A program made the translations under genes and the position numbers. From assembly GCA_963803805.1 (NCBI GenBank), contig CAWDOD010000002.1:128001-192000 (forward strand): a stretch of 64,000 nucleotides of DNA, given 5' to 3'. The notes under the pieces were generated by a model. That model was not told the origin of the DNA. It was given only the letters and a program-made list of their open reading frames with translations, and searched no databases. Source of the DNA: an uncultured cyanobacterium. Lineage in GTDB: Bacteria > Cyanobacteriota > Cyanobacteriia > Cyanobacteriales > CAWCAG01. This document shows, piece by piece, positions 22,906 through 32,921 of this stretch. The stretch's first letter is position 1. Each line of letters starts with the position of its first letter.

Positions 22906-23847
22906 TCATTCTAAATTAGCTAAATTTATCTCTGATTTTTCACCATTGTGGATAGTTTTATTACCTTTTAATTTAGTTAATAATTCCTCAGTTAATTTCG
23001 CAAAAGCTTTAGAACCTACAGAGTTAGGACTTGTCAATACAACAGGTCTAAACGCATCCACAGCTTTAGCTACATTAACATCCATAGGAATACGAACATC
23101 AAAAATTTGGCTGGGGCTAAAGTCTTCAGAAACTCTCCGCATCACCTGACGATAGTAACGCCCCACTAAACGACCACCGGAAAGAATAAAAACGATACCC
23201 AACAATTTTAAATCGAAAGGATTATCTTTGCCATGATTTTCTTTTAACTTGGCAACACGCCTTTCTAGTAGTTGAATACCAACTAAAGATAAAGGTTCAG
23301 GACGGGCAGGAAGTAAGTAAAAGTTGCTAGCAGCAATACCACTACGGGTTAAAAGATTGTAGCCAGGGGCGCAGTCCATGATAATAAAATCATACTGCTT
23401 AACCACTGGTTCGAGAATTTTCCTCATTAAATTACTTTCTAAGCTATTCCAAACTTGATTAAAATCAAGTCCATTTTGAGAACTAGCTTGTTCATGAAGC
23501 ATTTCAGATACTAAATATTCATCATAAAGTTCTATGTCCCCTGGTAACAAATCCATCCCTTTAACACTACAAACATAGGGACAAATTAGATCCTGAGTAG
23601 AAAACTTTTTTTTAGTATTCGGTTTAATATGTTGGGCAATTAAGTTATTTAAAGTGCGTCTTTCTTTCCTTACTTTAGCAAAATCATGGGGCGACATTAA
23701 GCTTAAGGTGGCACTAATTTGTGAATCTAGGTCAACAACCAAGACTCGCTTATTATGATTTCTAGCTAAACAAGTAGCTAAATTAACCGTTAATGTTGTC
23801 TTGCCGACACCGCCTTTCATATTAACAGTGCTAATGATAAATCCCAT
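22906..23847 (-). CDS. ParA-family ATPase
   Basis: Deviant Walker A NMKGGVGKTT, VVDLDSQ, IIMDCAPG. Confidence 0.9.
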   Translation of the reverse strand: MGFIISTVNMKGGVGKTTLTVNLATCLARNHNKRVLVVDLDSQISATLSLMSPHDFAKVRKERRTLNNLIAQHIKPNTKKKFSTQDLICPYVCSVKGMDLLPGDIELYDEYLVSEMLHEQASSQNGLDFNQVWNSLESNLMRKILEPVVKQYDFIIMDCAPGYNLLTRSGIAASNFYLLPARPEPLSLVGIQLLERRVAKLKENHGKDNPFDLKLLGIVFILSGGRLVGRYYRQVMRRVSEDFSPSQIFDVRIPMDVNVAKAVDAFRPVVLTSPNSVGSKAFAKLTEELLTKLKGNKTIHNGEKSEINLANLE

Positions 23848-24142
23848 GGGCAGAATTCCAATCCCTTTGAATAAGAGCCAAGCGCCAACATTGTAAGTTG
23901 GTTAAAGTCCCATTTTAATCGTTCGTTGTTAAGCTACTCACCCTTCTTGAGGAGAATAAGAAGATTTTAAGATAATTTTCACACCAAATCTGATTGTATA
24001 AAGTTCTGCTTGTAAAATTAGAGAAACAGAGTTTATAGTTGTTGCTGCCTGTAGCCTACGGTAAGGCTAACGCCAACCCTACTCCCTCAACTCGTCAACA
24101 TGATGAATTTGCTTTGGGTTGAAGTTTTTACAAGATTATTCT

Positions 24143-24486
24143 ATGCCAGCTAAAGATATTTTTCATGAGACGGTTAAAAAAGCCCTAATTGATGAAGGTT
24201 GGCTGATTACAGATGACCTAAATATGGAGATATTGAAGTTCAGAAAATATTTGATCAAGAAAGAGATCACTATCAATTAATGAACGTAGGATGGCACGGA
24301 AATCGGCGTTTGAGAGGCTGTGTTCTCCAAATTGATCTTAAAAACGACAAAATTTGGATACAACATGATGGTACAGAAATTGGGGTTGCTAATGAATTAG
24401 TAGAATGGGGTGTACCAAAAGAAGATATTGTTTTAGCCTATCATGCTCCTTATAAGCGCCCATATACTGGATTTGCTGTTGATTGA
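24143..24486 (+). pseudogene. xisH-xisI remnant (xisH 5' end fused out of frame to xisI 3' part)
   Basis: MPAKDIFHETVKKALIDEGWLITDD (XisH N-terminus) abuts YGDIEVQKIFDQERDHYQLMNVGW...KIWIQHDGTEIGVANELVEWGVPKEDIVLAYH (XisI). Confidence 0.82.
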
Positions 24487-25365
24487 TTAAACTTTAATGA
24501 TTGCTTTTACTCTTTGTAGAAACTCTTTAGTTAAGCTATAAAAAGCTTTTGCCCCGGAAGATTGAGGATCATTAAGGACGACAGGTTTAAATTCGTCTAC
24601 AGCTTGGGCAACTGCAACATTAACAGGAATTTCTGTAGTGAAAAGTTTATCTTCTCCGAACTCTGCCCCTAAACGCTTTTTAATCTTAGGAGCCATTTTC
24701 GTCGCATGACCTCTAGAATTAAACAAGATACCAATTAAATTAATTTGACTGCGATCGCTCTTTTTTAATTGTTGGATTCTTCCTTCTAAAATACCAACAC
24801 CAATTACTGATAAAGGTTCAGGTTTGGCAGGAACAAGATAGAAGTTGCTAGCGAGGATGCCACTACGGGTTAGTAAATGATCTCCTGGGGGAAAGTCTAA
24901 CAAAACAAAATCATATTCATCTATTACAGGTTCAAGAATTTTTTTGATTAATTGATCCTCAAGTTTCTGCCAATTACGTTCAAATTCTTGCAGGTTTCCT
25001 TGAGATTGAGAATAAATAACTGCCGCTATATAAAAGTCATTATAAAGTTCAATATCTCCCGGTAACAAATCAAAACCAGGAATCTGACAAATATCACGCT
25101 TAATAACTTCTTGAGTAGAAAGATAATTTTGATTATTTGGTTGAATAATTTGGTTAATTAAGGTTCTTAAGGTGAATTTTTCTTTCTTTAATTTAGTGAA
25201 ATACAAAGGTGGTAACAGACTTAGGGTAGCGTTAATTTGCATATCTAAATCTACTACCAAAACTTTTTTAGCAAAGTCTTTAGCTAAACAGGTGGCTAAG
25301 TTAACCGTAACGGTGGTTTTGCCTACGCCGCCTTTCATATTAACAATAGAAACTACAGATCCCAT
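24487..25365 (-). CDS. ParA-family ATPase (second paralogue)
   Basis: NMKGGVGKTT, VVDLDMQ, DLLPGDIELY, LLDFPPG; clearly homologous to 22906-23847. Confidence 0.9.
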   Translation of the reverse strand: MGSVVSIVNMKGGVGKTTVTVNLATCLAKDFAKKVLVVDLDMQINATLSLLPPLYFTKLKKEKFTLRTLINQIIQPNNQNYLSTQEVIKRDICQIPGFDLLPGDIELYNDFYIAAVIYSQSQGNLQEFERNWQKLEDQLIKKILEPVIDEYDFVLLDFPPGDHLLTRSGILASNFYLVPAKPEPLSVIGVGILEGRIQQLKKSDRSQINLIGILFNSRGHATKMAPKIKKRLGAEFGEDKLFTTEIPVNVAVAQAVDEFKPVVLNDPQSSGAKAFYSLTKEFLQRVKAIIKV

Positions 25366-25502
25366 TTATGTGTGGTTTCGGGTAAGGGGTAAAGGGCTAA
25401 GGACAATCTTCAAGTCTAAAAACTATCTCTCAAATAAATCTGTTCGAGAATCTTCTCTTCAATGCTTAAGGTTGTTTGCATAACTAATTAAACTCAACGG
25501 TA

Positions 25503-25534
25503 CTCGCTAAAATCATTTCTCGCTAAAATCATTT
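25503..25534. repeat. 16-bp perfect tandem repeat upstream of the parA pair
   Basis: CTCGCTAAAATCATTT x2. Confidence 0.8.
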
Positions 25535-26015
25535 TAAGCTGATTTTCCCGTTGATTGAGGGGATTTTTGCTTTTAAAGAAGTTTGCGATGATCGCAACTT
25601 AGCTCAGCTACAGAAATTGTCTTGCTCTTTTCTCCCTTGACATAGTATTATGTATAGGGTGGAAAAGGCGCGCTTCTAAAAACCCTTTTTCAAAAGCATT
25701 TTTTTGATTCTTTTCAGTTGCTGACAAAAGTTACAATAATAAGGGAAAGTTTTTTATTTATTAGCGCCGGTTTTATGGTATTCTTTCTTTTAAAGAAAAA
25801 ATTTTACAATGGGAATAGTTGCGTTTGTTTTCAATAGTCAACACTCCCATTATGACATTAAAATTAAATTTACCACAAAATCGCGTCTTAAATTCGTTTA
25901 AATTCCTCTTCTTTACTAAAATTGATTAATACTGGGGAAACAAAGGTTTCCTCTTTTTAATTCGCATTGAAAGTTTCATGCACTTCGTGTCAGGTAAAGG
26001 GTAAAAGAGTAGATA

Positions 26016-26289
26016 ATGAGAAGGGTATTAATTTGCCAAAATCGCACCTGTGTGAAGGCTGGTGCAAAAGAGGTTTTAGCTGCTTTCAGGGCTGATTTGG
26101 TAACTGATGTAGAAATCGTTGCTAGTGGTTGTTTGGGTCAATGTGGCAATTGGACCAATGGTTTTGGTTGAATCGGAAATGGTTTGGTATTGTCGGGTTA
26201 GCCCCACAGAAGTCCCGGCATTGGTAGAAAGGCATTTGCGGAGAAGTCAGCCTTTGAAAAGAATGTTGTATCGTAAGTTTCATCCCTAG
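26016..26289 (+). CDS. Thioredoxin-like (2Fe-2S) ferredoxin, frameshifted at ~26150 and absent from the ORF track
   Basis: MRRVLICQNRTC...SGCLGQCGN|GPMVLVE..WYCRV...VERHL...LYRKFHP*; removing one T in GGCAATTGGACC restores CGNGP. Confidence 0.85.
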
Positions 26290-26658
26290 CAAAAACAGCA
26301 ACCCCGTCTGATGTGCTAAGGAATTTCCTCTCATTTATTAATATTAAACAGAGCCGTTTTTCAGCTCCCTTAATTACCAAATATTGGGAAATATTAGCTT
26401 CCAGTTAAGTTGCTGTTTTTGATTTAACGAGACAGATGTTGAGTTTGACTTTGACAGCGCCTTCGACTCCTGAGTTCAACTGTTTACCTAGCGCTTGTTA
26501 TCTGCCAGGGAAGCAATCTCTTACTTCATCTACAAACTTAGCATTATTTTTCCTTGTTTTTTATTAACTAAACTAAAATTCATGTTTATAACTATATTTA
26601 CTTATGTTAATGTAAACATAAATGAAGTTAATAGGATTTTTACTAGTTAAGAACAGTT

Positions 26659-27601
26659 CTAGTTAATATGTAAATTCATAAATAAAGTTATTAAAAAAAT
26701 CAATAAACTAGGAATTATTAATAAATAAAAGGCTGGTTTAAGACGAAATATAGTAAAGGTTAATCCTAGAACTTTGAGATCGAAGATAGAGCCAAAAAGT
26801 AAAAAAGCTAGTATGGAGCCATTATCAAAACTAGAAGTAAAGAAATTAGCGAAAAAAGCATTAACAGTCGAGCCTATGGAAATGACTGTGCTGAGGGCTA
26901 ACATAGACAGAAGGGAAGTAACAGGCCCTTGGGCAAAATTTAGTATAGTTAAGGGAGGAACCAAAACTTGAATTAAAGCAGCGATTCGCACAAATCAAGA
27001 CAAGAATGCTTCCTAATTCCCTTGACTCTTTTAGAAAATTGTCAAGAAAAAGATTTAAGTTATGACTAAAAAACTTTTCTTTTCTATCTCCGGTTTTGTT
27101 TGGTTCTGCTGAGGTAAAAGTAGCGCAACGAAGTAAATTAGCCGCATATTCCGGCGAATTAGCCGTAGCTAAAAAAGATTTTGTCCCTAAATTAGCTTTA
27201 AAAAGATAACCAACCAACGTAGCGATGGCCACAGCAAAAATCACTCTCAACGTAACCAGTTGTGGTTGAGCCTGAAAAGCCACCCAAGTCGAATAAAGTG
27301 TAAAAGGATTAATCGTCGGCGCTCCTAAGAAGAAACCAATAGCTAGGGGGGCAGAAACTCCTTGGGTTAACAACCGCCGTACTACGGGGATATTACCATA
27401 CTTGCATACCGGTAGCACTAACCCTAGACAACTACCCAAAAAAGCTGCTAAAAAAGGATTGCGCGGACAAAAGGAAGATAAGGAGCGCTGTTCTCCTAAC
27501 ACAAGCAGTAAACTTGAGATGGCAATCCCTAACAACAGGAAGGGAAGTGCCTCGAAAAGTAAACTCAAAAATAGAGTAGGAGCATTATTCAACAGAGTCA
27601 T
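26659..27601 (-). CDS. DUF318/ArsP-type permease, frameshifted at ~26985
   Basis: EALPFLLLG, LPVCKYGNIPV, GAPTINP, AFLLFGSIFDLK; extra base within GCGA(A)TCGC. Confidence 0.78.
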
Positions 27602-27987
27602 GCGGTTTGGTGGAGAATACCTTTTTTTGGTATGATTTTCGATTAGATTTTACACTTAAACTAGGCACTTTATCACTTAAGTTGCTCAGTTACTTGTTTA
27701 CAAGCGACTAGCTGGAGAATCTGAATTTAAGCAATATTGCTAAAGGATGTAACTTGCCTAAACCTCTCTCAAAAGAAATAACTAAAATAAATTGTTTCTA
27801 TTTCTCTAGATTGAGATTTGATGGTTTATTTCGTTTCCTGGCTTTATAAGTTTGACAAATCCTCTTCTGTGACTAGTAATCATTCTTTCTAAGAGAAAAA
27901 TCTTAAGTTCCTAAGAAAGATAAATAGTGATTAAATATTGATTAATTTCGTGGTAATAAAATAAAGTTATCTTAATGGGGAATAGAA

Positions 27988-28464
27988 ATGTCTAAAACGA
28001 GTGGTGCAAGTAGCAAAAAGGTTTCCAAAGTCTTTATCGATATTCTTAGCTTTGTTGTCGCGATTATTGCTTCAGCCATCCTCACAGGCTTTCTCGCTTA
28101 CTTAATTGCTCAAGCCTTTGATTGGCAATTTTGGTCAGGACTAAAAAGTTTATTAGCTACAGTTCTACCCATTATGATTATTTACTATCTTACTTCCTTC
28201 ACTCAAATAACTAATAGAGAGAATTCAATTCCTCTGTTTAATATCTATTTTATTTTTACTCTTTGGTCAATAGTTCTGTTTGTAATTTTACAATACTTTT
28301 CTAGTTCCTTTATCCCAATACCAGAAGTTGCTTTATCTTTTACTCTAGCTTGTTTCTTTAACCTAGCGAGGAAAAGTTCATTCCAAGCTTTTTTGTCTTG
28401 TGCCTACGGAATCGTTTCCGGTTTCTTGATTTATTCTCTTTTCTTTGGTTTACCGGTAAGGTAA
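27988..28464 (+). CDS. Hypothetical multi-pass membrane protein
   Basis: 158-aa ORF with about 4-5 hydrophobic segments. Confidence 0.7.
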   Translation: MSKTSGASSKKVSKVFIDILSFVVAIIASAILTGFLAYLIAQAFDWQFWSGLKSLLATVLPIMIIYYLTSFTQITNRENSIPLFNIYFIFTLWSIVLFVILQYFSSSFIPIPEVALSFTLACFFNLARKSSFQAFLSCAYGIVSGFLIYSLFFGLPVR

Positions 28465-28606
28465 TGATTTGACAAACCCTACTCTCTAGAAAAAACTCCC
28501 TATACCAGCAGCTTGATAAATAGTCTTACAAAGTCCGAAACCATAGAATCTTAACTTAGTTGGGTTAACTATTTCATCTCAACTCAACGCTTCAGGAGGT
28601 TTTCTC

Positions 28607-30826
28607 ATGAAAAGCCAAGTCTTCTCTCGAATTTTATTGGCAGGATATTTTTTATTATCAGCCAGTACTTCACAAATCATCTTCCCTGCCCCAGCAAAGG
28701 CTCAAATAGTTACCGGAGAAGAACTATACTATAACTTTTTTGACCAAAAAATTAGTCTTAATTTGCGTTCTGATGCACTAGCAGTTGCTTTTAAACCCCA
28801 AAGGGCTGTTCGAGGGACAACAAGGGGCGACAACCAGGAACAAAGTTATAGTTTGCCTCTACATCTACAATTGCAGCAGGATTTACAACAGGGGGTTTTA
28901 GAACCAAATTCCTCGGAAGAATTTCTAGAAGATACAGAAACAGAAAATTCAGGAAAACTTACTCGTAGTCCGGTTGGTGCTTCTGGGCAAATTGCTCCTT
29001 TGAATTTAGAAGTTAAGCCTCTAGGGGAAAACTACGCTTTAGTCAGTTTTTCTGCTGCTACTACCGATACTTCTCTGGCTGTTAAGCGCAATATTGAAGA
29101 AAAAAACTACGTAGAAAGCACCTTACCTGTATTAAGTCGCCCAGAAAAAACTTCTCCAGAAAAGGAAGTCATTGTTTTACCCAATGAAATTACTATCAAC
29201 TTCGCTTCAGGGCTATCTGAAAGGGAAAAACAAGCAATTCTTTTAGAAAATAATCTAGAAATTATCCGCCCTCTACGCTTCACTACAGATCGCTATCTAG
29301 TACGTTCGACTATTGCTTCTGGTACAGAAGTATTGCAAGTTGCTAATCAACTTAATCAAGTCCCGAAAATAAAATCAGCTACCCCCAATTTCATTCAAAC
29401 CCTTACTAGTCAGTATCTAAAAGAAGATCCTAATTTTCCTAAAGCTGATAGGGGTAAAAAGAACAAACTTTTAGCCATGCACTGGCATCTTAATAGTACT
29501 TCCCTCACTAGTTGTTTAAAAAAGCGTCCCAATAATCTTGATAGTTTAGAAGGTTATTTAGACAGATGTCTACCGAATGTTGGGGTGCAAGAAAATTTTA
29601 ATTCACCTCGCATTGATATTCGGGCAACAGAAGCTTGGCAACAAAGTAGTCGCGGTGAAGGGGTGATAGTTGCTGTAATTGATAGCTTAATTCAATGGGA
29701 TCACCCCGACTTAATTAATAATATCCACCAAGTTGGCAAGGTTAGCGATCTCTTGCCTGGGGAAGTTCAGGGTTGGGATTTTGTGGAAAATGATCCTGAT
29801 ACAGGAGTTAGTCAAGCAGAATTACAAATCATTGGCAATCAATTTCGTGAAGCTTTCACCCTCTCTGATAGAGAGTTGCGCCAACAATATCCTCAACTGT
29901 TTACTGAGATTATCGAACAAAATCCAGAATATCAAGAAGCACAAATTGCCAACACCGCTCGTTTCCGCCTCCGTAATGAAGTAGCTGGGGAGTTCCACGG
30001 TACTATGGTTTCTGGTGTTGTAGCTGCCCAGCCCCAAGGAGAAGATGGAGTAATAGGAGTAGCACCCCAAGCCCAAATCTTACCTATACGAGTTATTGGT
30101 ATTAATGGCAGTTTTTCCAGTGCGGCTTATTTGGAAGCTTTAGCTTATGCAGGGGCAAGGAAAGTTGATATTATCAACCTCAGTCTTGGTTCGCAAATAC
30201 CTTCCCAAGGGGAGGTGGAACTAATCTCAGAACTTTTAGAAGCTGACCCTAAATTAGTTATTGTCGCTGCTGCGGGAAATCAAAACCAAGGAAACATTAT
30301 TTTTCCTGCTGGAGTACCAGGAGTAATTGCTGTTGGTGCAACCAATCTCAATGGTTATCGTGCTTCCTATAGTAATTATGGTCAAAATGAGGGTTTCGCC
30401 CAAACCATAACTGTAGTTGCCCCTGGAGGGGATAATACAGTCCCCCACAACTTAGGACGCATTCTTACCACCGGAGGAACTTGGCTAAGTACTTTCTGGA
30501 CAGGCATTGATAACCCAGGAAATTGGGGACCAAACTTTGATACCAGAGGTAAATATCGGTGGAGTTTAGGAACTTCTTTCTCAACTCCTGCCGTGGCTGG
30601 GGTTATCGCTTTAATGAAGGGAGAAGATGCTTCCCAAAGTATTAATCGAGAACAAATAGTAGGGATTCTGCAACAAACCTCTAGTTATCAAGGATTAAGC
30701 TTAAGGGAAGAGGAAATTGCTCTTTACAAATCCCAAATGCTTGTTGATTATCAATCAGCTAAGCAGTATTTTTTCGGCAGTGGCTTGGTAAATGCAGAAG
30801 CGGCGGTACAAAGAGTTAAAGAGTAA
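28607..30826 (+). CDS. Secreted S8 (subtilisin-like) serine peptidase
   Basis: Signal peptide (PAKA-Q), catalytic VAVIDS / FHGTMVSG / GTSFSTP, oxyanion AAGN; AGGAGG RBS. Confidence 0.9.
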   Translation: MKSQVFSRILLAGYFLLSASTSQIIFPAPAKAQIVTGEELYYNFFDQKISLNLRSDALAVAFKPQRAVRGTTRGDNQEQSYSLPLHLQLQQDLQQGVLEPNSSEEFLEDTETENSGKLTRSPVGASGQIAPLNLEVKPLGENYALVSFSAATTDTSLAVKRNIEEKNYVESTLPVLSRPEKTSPEKEVIVLPNEITINFASGLSEREKQAILLENNLEIIRPLRFTTDRYLVRSTIASGTEVLQVANQLNQVPKIKSATPNFIQTLTSQYLKEDPNFPKADRGKKNKLLAMHWHLNSTSLTSCLKKRPNNLDSLEGYLDRCLPNVGVQENFNSPRIDIRATEAWQQSSRGEGVIVAVIDSLIQWDHPDLINNIHQVGKVSDLLPGEVQGWDFVENDPDTGVSQAELQIIGNQFREAFTLSDRELRQQYPQLFTEIIEQNPEYQEAQIANTARFRLRNEVAGEFHGTMVSGVVAAQPQGEDGVIGVAPQAQILPIRVIGINGSFSSAAYLEALAYAGARKVDIINLSLGSQIPSQGEVELISELLEADPKLVIVAAAGNQNQGNIIFPAGVPGVIAVGATNLNGYRASYSNYGQNEGFAQTITVVAPGGDNTVPHNLGRILTTGGTWLSTFWTGIDNPGNWGPNFDTRGKYRWSLGTSFSTPAVAGVIALMKGEDASQSINREQIVGILQQTSSYQGLSLREEEIALYKSQMLVDYQSAKQYFFGSGLVNAEAAVQRVKE

Positions 30827-31014
30827 CAGGTAAGAGGTAATCTTTCACAGCAAAAACTATCCCTGAACCTCAAGTGGACACACCACTAGTAAAATTAATT
30901 GTCTACTTTTGTAATAAAGAGCTAAATTCCCATCGGGATACCGTGGTTTTATGGCAAGATTAAAAATCGTTATTTAAAATTTAACTGCTCCTCATCCACA
31001 AGGAAATTAGTATT

Positions 31015-31653
31015 ATGACTTTGCAACTAGGCGATACAGTCCCAGATTTCAAGCAAGACTCTAGCGCAGGAGAAATCTCCTTTCACGATTGGGCTGGAGA
31101 TAGTTGGGTTGTGCTTTTTTCTCACCCAGCAGACTATACCCCTGTTTGTACAACCGAATTGGGTATGGTTGCTAAACTCAAACCAGAATTTGATAAGCGT
31201 AACACCAAAGTAATAGCCCTAAGTGTAGATGATGCAAAATCTCACTTAGGTTGGATCAAAGATATTGATGAAACTCAAAGTACCAGCGTCAATTATCCTA
31301 TCTTGGCAGACTCAGATCGTAAGGTTTCTGATCTTTACGGTATGATTCATCCCCAAGCTGATAATACCCTCACAGTACGTTCGGTTTTCATCATCGACCC
31401 CAACAAAAAGCTACGCTTAACTATTACCTATCCTGCTAGTACAGGACGTAACTTCAACGAAATTCTGCGAGTGATTGACTCTTTACAACTCACTGATCAT
31501 CATCAAGTTGCTACTCCGGTTAACTGGGAAGATGGCGGAGACTGTGTGATTGTTCCTTCTTTGAAAGATCCTGAAGTATTAAAAGAGAAGTTTCCGAAAG
31601 GATACAAGGAAGTTAAACCTTATTTACGCATGACTCCCCAGCCTAATAAGTAG
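31015..31653 (+). CDS. 1-Cys peroxiredoxin (Prx6)
   Basis: FSHPADYTPVCTTE, YPASTGRNF, ATPVNW. Confidence 0.95.
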   Translation: MTLQLGDTVPDFKQDSSAGEISFHDWAGDSWVVLFSHPADYTPVCTTELGMVAKLKPEFDKRNTKVIALSVDDAKSHLGWIKDIDETQSTSVNYPILADSDRKVSDLYGMIHPQADNTLTVRSVFIIDPNKKLRLTITYPASTGRNFNEILRVIDSLQLTDHHQVATPVNWEDGGDCVIVPSLKDPEVLKEKFPKGYKEVKPYLRMTPQPNK

Positions 31654-31809
31654 GAGACTAGGAGAGGGAAAGTAATTAGGTAATAGGTAATAGGTAATAG
31701 GTGAAGAACATACCATTTTCTTTCAAGAAACACCACCACCAAACTCCTATAAAATGGTATTTAGGTCAAACTTATTACTTGTTACTTATTACTTATTACT
31801 TATTAAAAT

Positions 31810-32784
31810 ATGGATATTAAAAATGGCTTCATAGACACTATCGGTAATACTCCCCTGATTCGTTTAAATAGTTTTAGTGACGAAACAGGCTGTGAAATCT
31901 TAGGGAAAGCGGAGTTTCTTAATCCTGGAGGATCAGTAAAAGATCGGGCAGCTTTGTATATTATCAAAGATGCTGAAGAAAAGGGTCTGCTTAAGCCGGG
32001 TGGAACTGTAGTTGAAGGTACAGCAGGTAATACAGGCATTGGTTTAGCACATATTTGTAATGCCAAGGGTTATAAATGTTTAATTGCTATCCCCGAAACC
32101 CAGTCCCAAGAAAAAATGGACGCTTTAAGGACATTAGGGGCGGAAGTTCGCCCTGTACCGGCTGTACCCTACAAAGATCCTAATAACTATGTCAAACTCT
32201 CTGGCAAATGGGCTAAGGAACTAGATAACGCTATTTGGGCTAACCAGTTTGACAATTTAGCTAATCGTCAGGCACATTATGAAACCACTGGGGCAGAAAT
32301 TTGGCAACAAACAGATGGGAAGGTTGATGTTTGGGTAGCTGCAACGGGTACAGGAGGTACTTTTGCTGGGGTATCTTTATTTTTAAAAGAGAAGAACCCT
32401 AAAGTTAAATGTGTGGTGGCAGATCCTCTGGGTAGCGGATTGTATAGCTATGTCAAAACTGGAGAAATAAATCCCCAAGGGAGTTCGATCACTGAAGGTA
32501 TTGGTAATAGTCGTATTACAGCCAATATGGAGGGAGTACCCATTGATGATGCCATCCAAGTTGATGATCAAGAATGTTTGCGAGTAATTTATCAGCTACT
32601 AGAAAAAGATGGCTTATTTATGGGTGGTTCTGTAGGGATAAATGTTGGTGCGGCTTATGCTTTAGCCAAGGAAATAGGACCAGGACATACCATTGTTACC
32701 ATACTCTGCGATGGTGGGGCAAGATATCAATCCCGTTTATTTAACTCAGAATGGTTAGCAGAAAGAGGATTAACAGTTAAATAG
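31810..32784 (+). CDS. cysK: Cysteine synthase A
   Basis: NPGGSVKDR PLP lysine, EGTAGNTGIG, GTGGT, TEGIG. Confidence 0.9.
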   Translation: MDIKNGFIDTIGNTPLIRLNSFSDETGCEILGKAEFLNPGGSVKDRAALYIIKDAEEKGLLKPGGTVVEGTAGNTGIGLAHICNAKGYKCLIAIPETQSQEKMDALRTLGAEVRPVPAVPYKDPNNYVKLSGKWAKELDNAIWANQFDNLANRQAHYETTGAEIWQQTDGKVDVWVAATGTGGTFAGVSLFLKEKNPKVKCVVADPLGSGLYSYVKTGEINPQGSSITEGIGNSRITANMEGVPIDDAIQVDDQECLRVIYQLLEKDGLFMGGSVGINVGAAYALAKEIGPGHTIVTILCDGGARYQSRLFNSEWLAERGLTVK

Positions 32785-32791
32785 CTTTAAT

Positions 32792-32847
32792 AAAAAAAGG
32801 AGAGCCACAAAAATGTAACTCTCCCAGTCATCAGGGTGCATCTACTA
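32792..32847 (-). ncRNA. Candidate ~56-nt sRNA (NsiR1-like 5' motif)
   Basis: Minus strand: extended -10 TGCTATATT (32862-32854), then AGTAGATGCACCCTGATGACT, hairpin GGAGAGTTACA-TTTT-TGTGGCTCTCC, T7. Confidence 0.55.
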
Positions 32848-32921
32848 TAAATTAATATAGCATAGAGGGTGAGGGGTGTCACCCCCTTTTGTGAAATTTT
32901 TTCTATTTCCTGTATAGTTTT

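Noticed and set aside
25540..26000. Long AT-rich intergenic region as replication origin or sRNA locus
   Set aside because: No DnaA-box cluster seen; only weak hairpins (25583 TTGCGATGATCGCAA, ~25808-25851, ~25935) without supporting signals
26405..26520. Minus-strand GVEGAVKVKLNI, reminiscent of a TonB C-terminal fragment
   Set aside because: Too short and interrupted by stops to support a call
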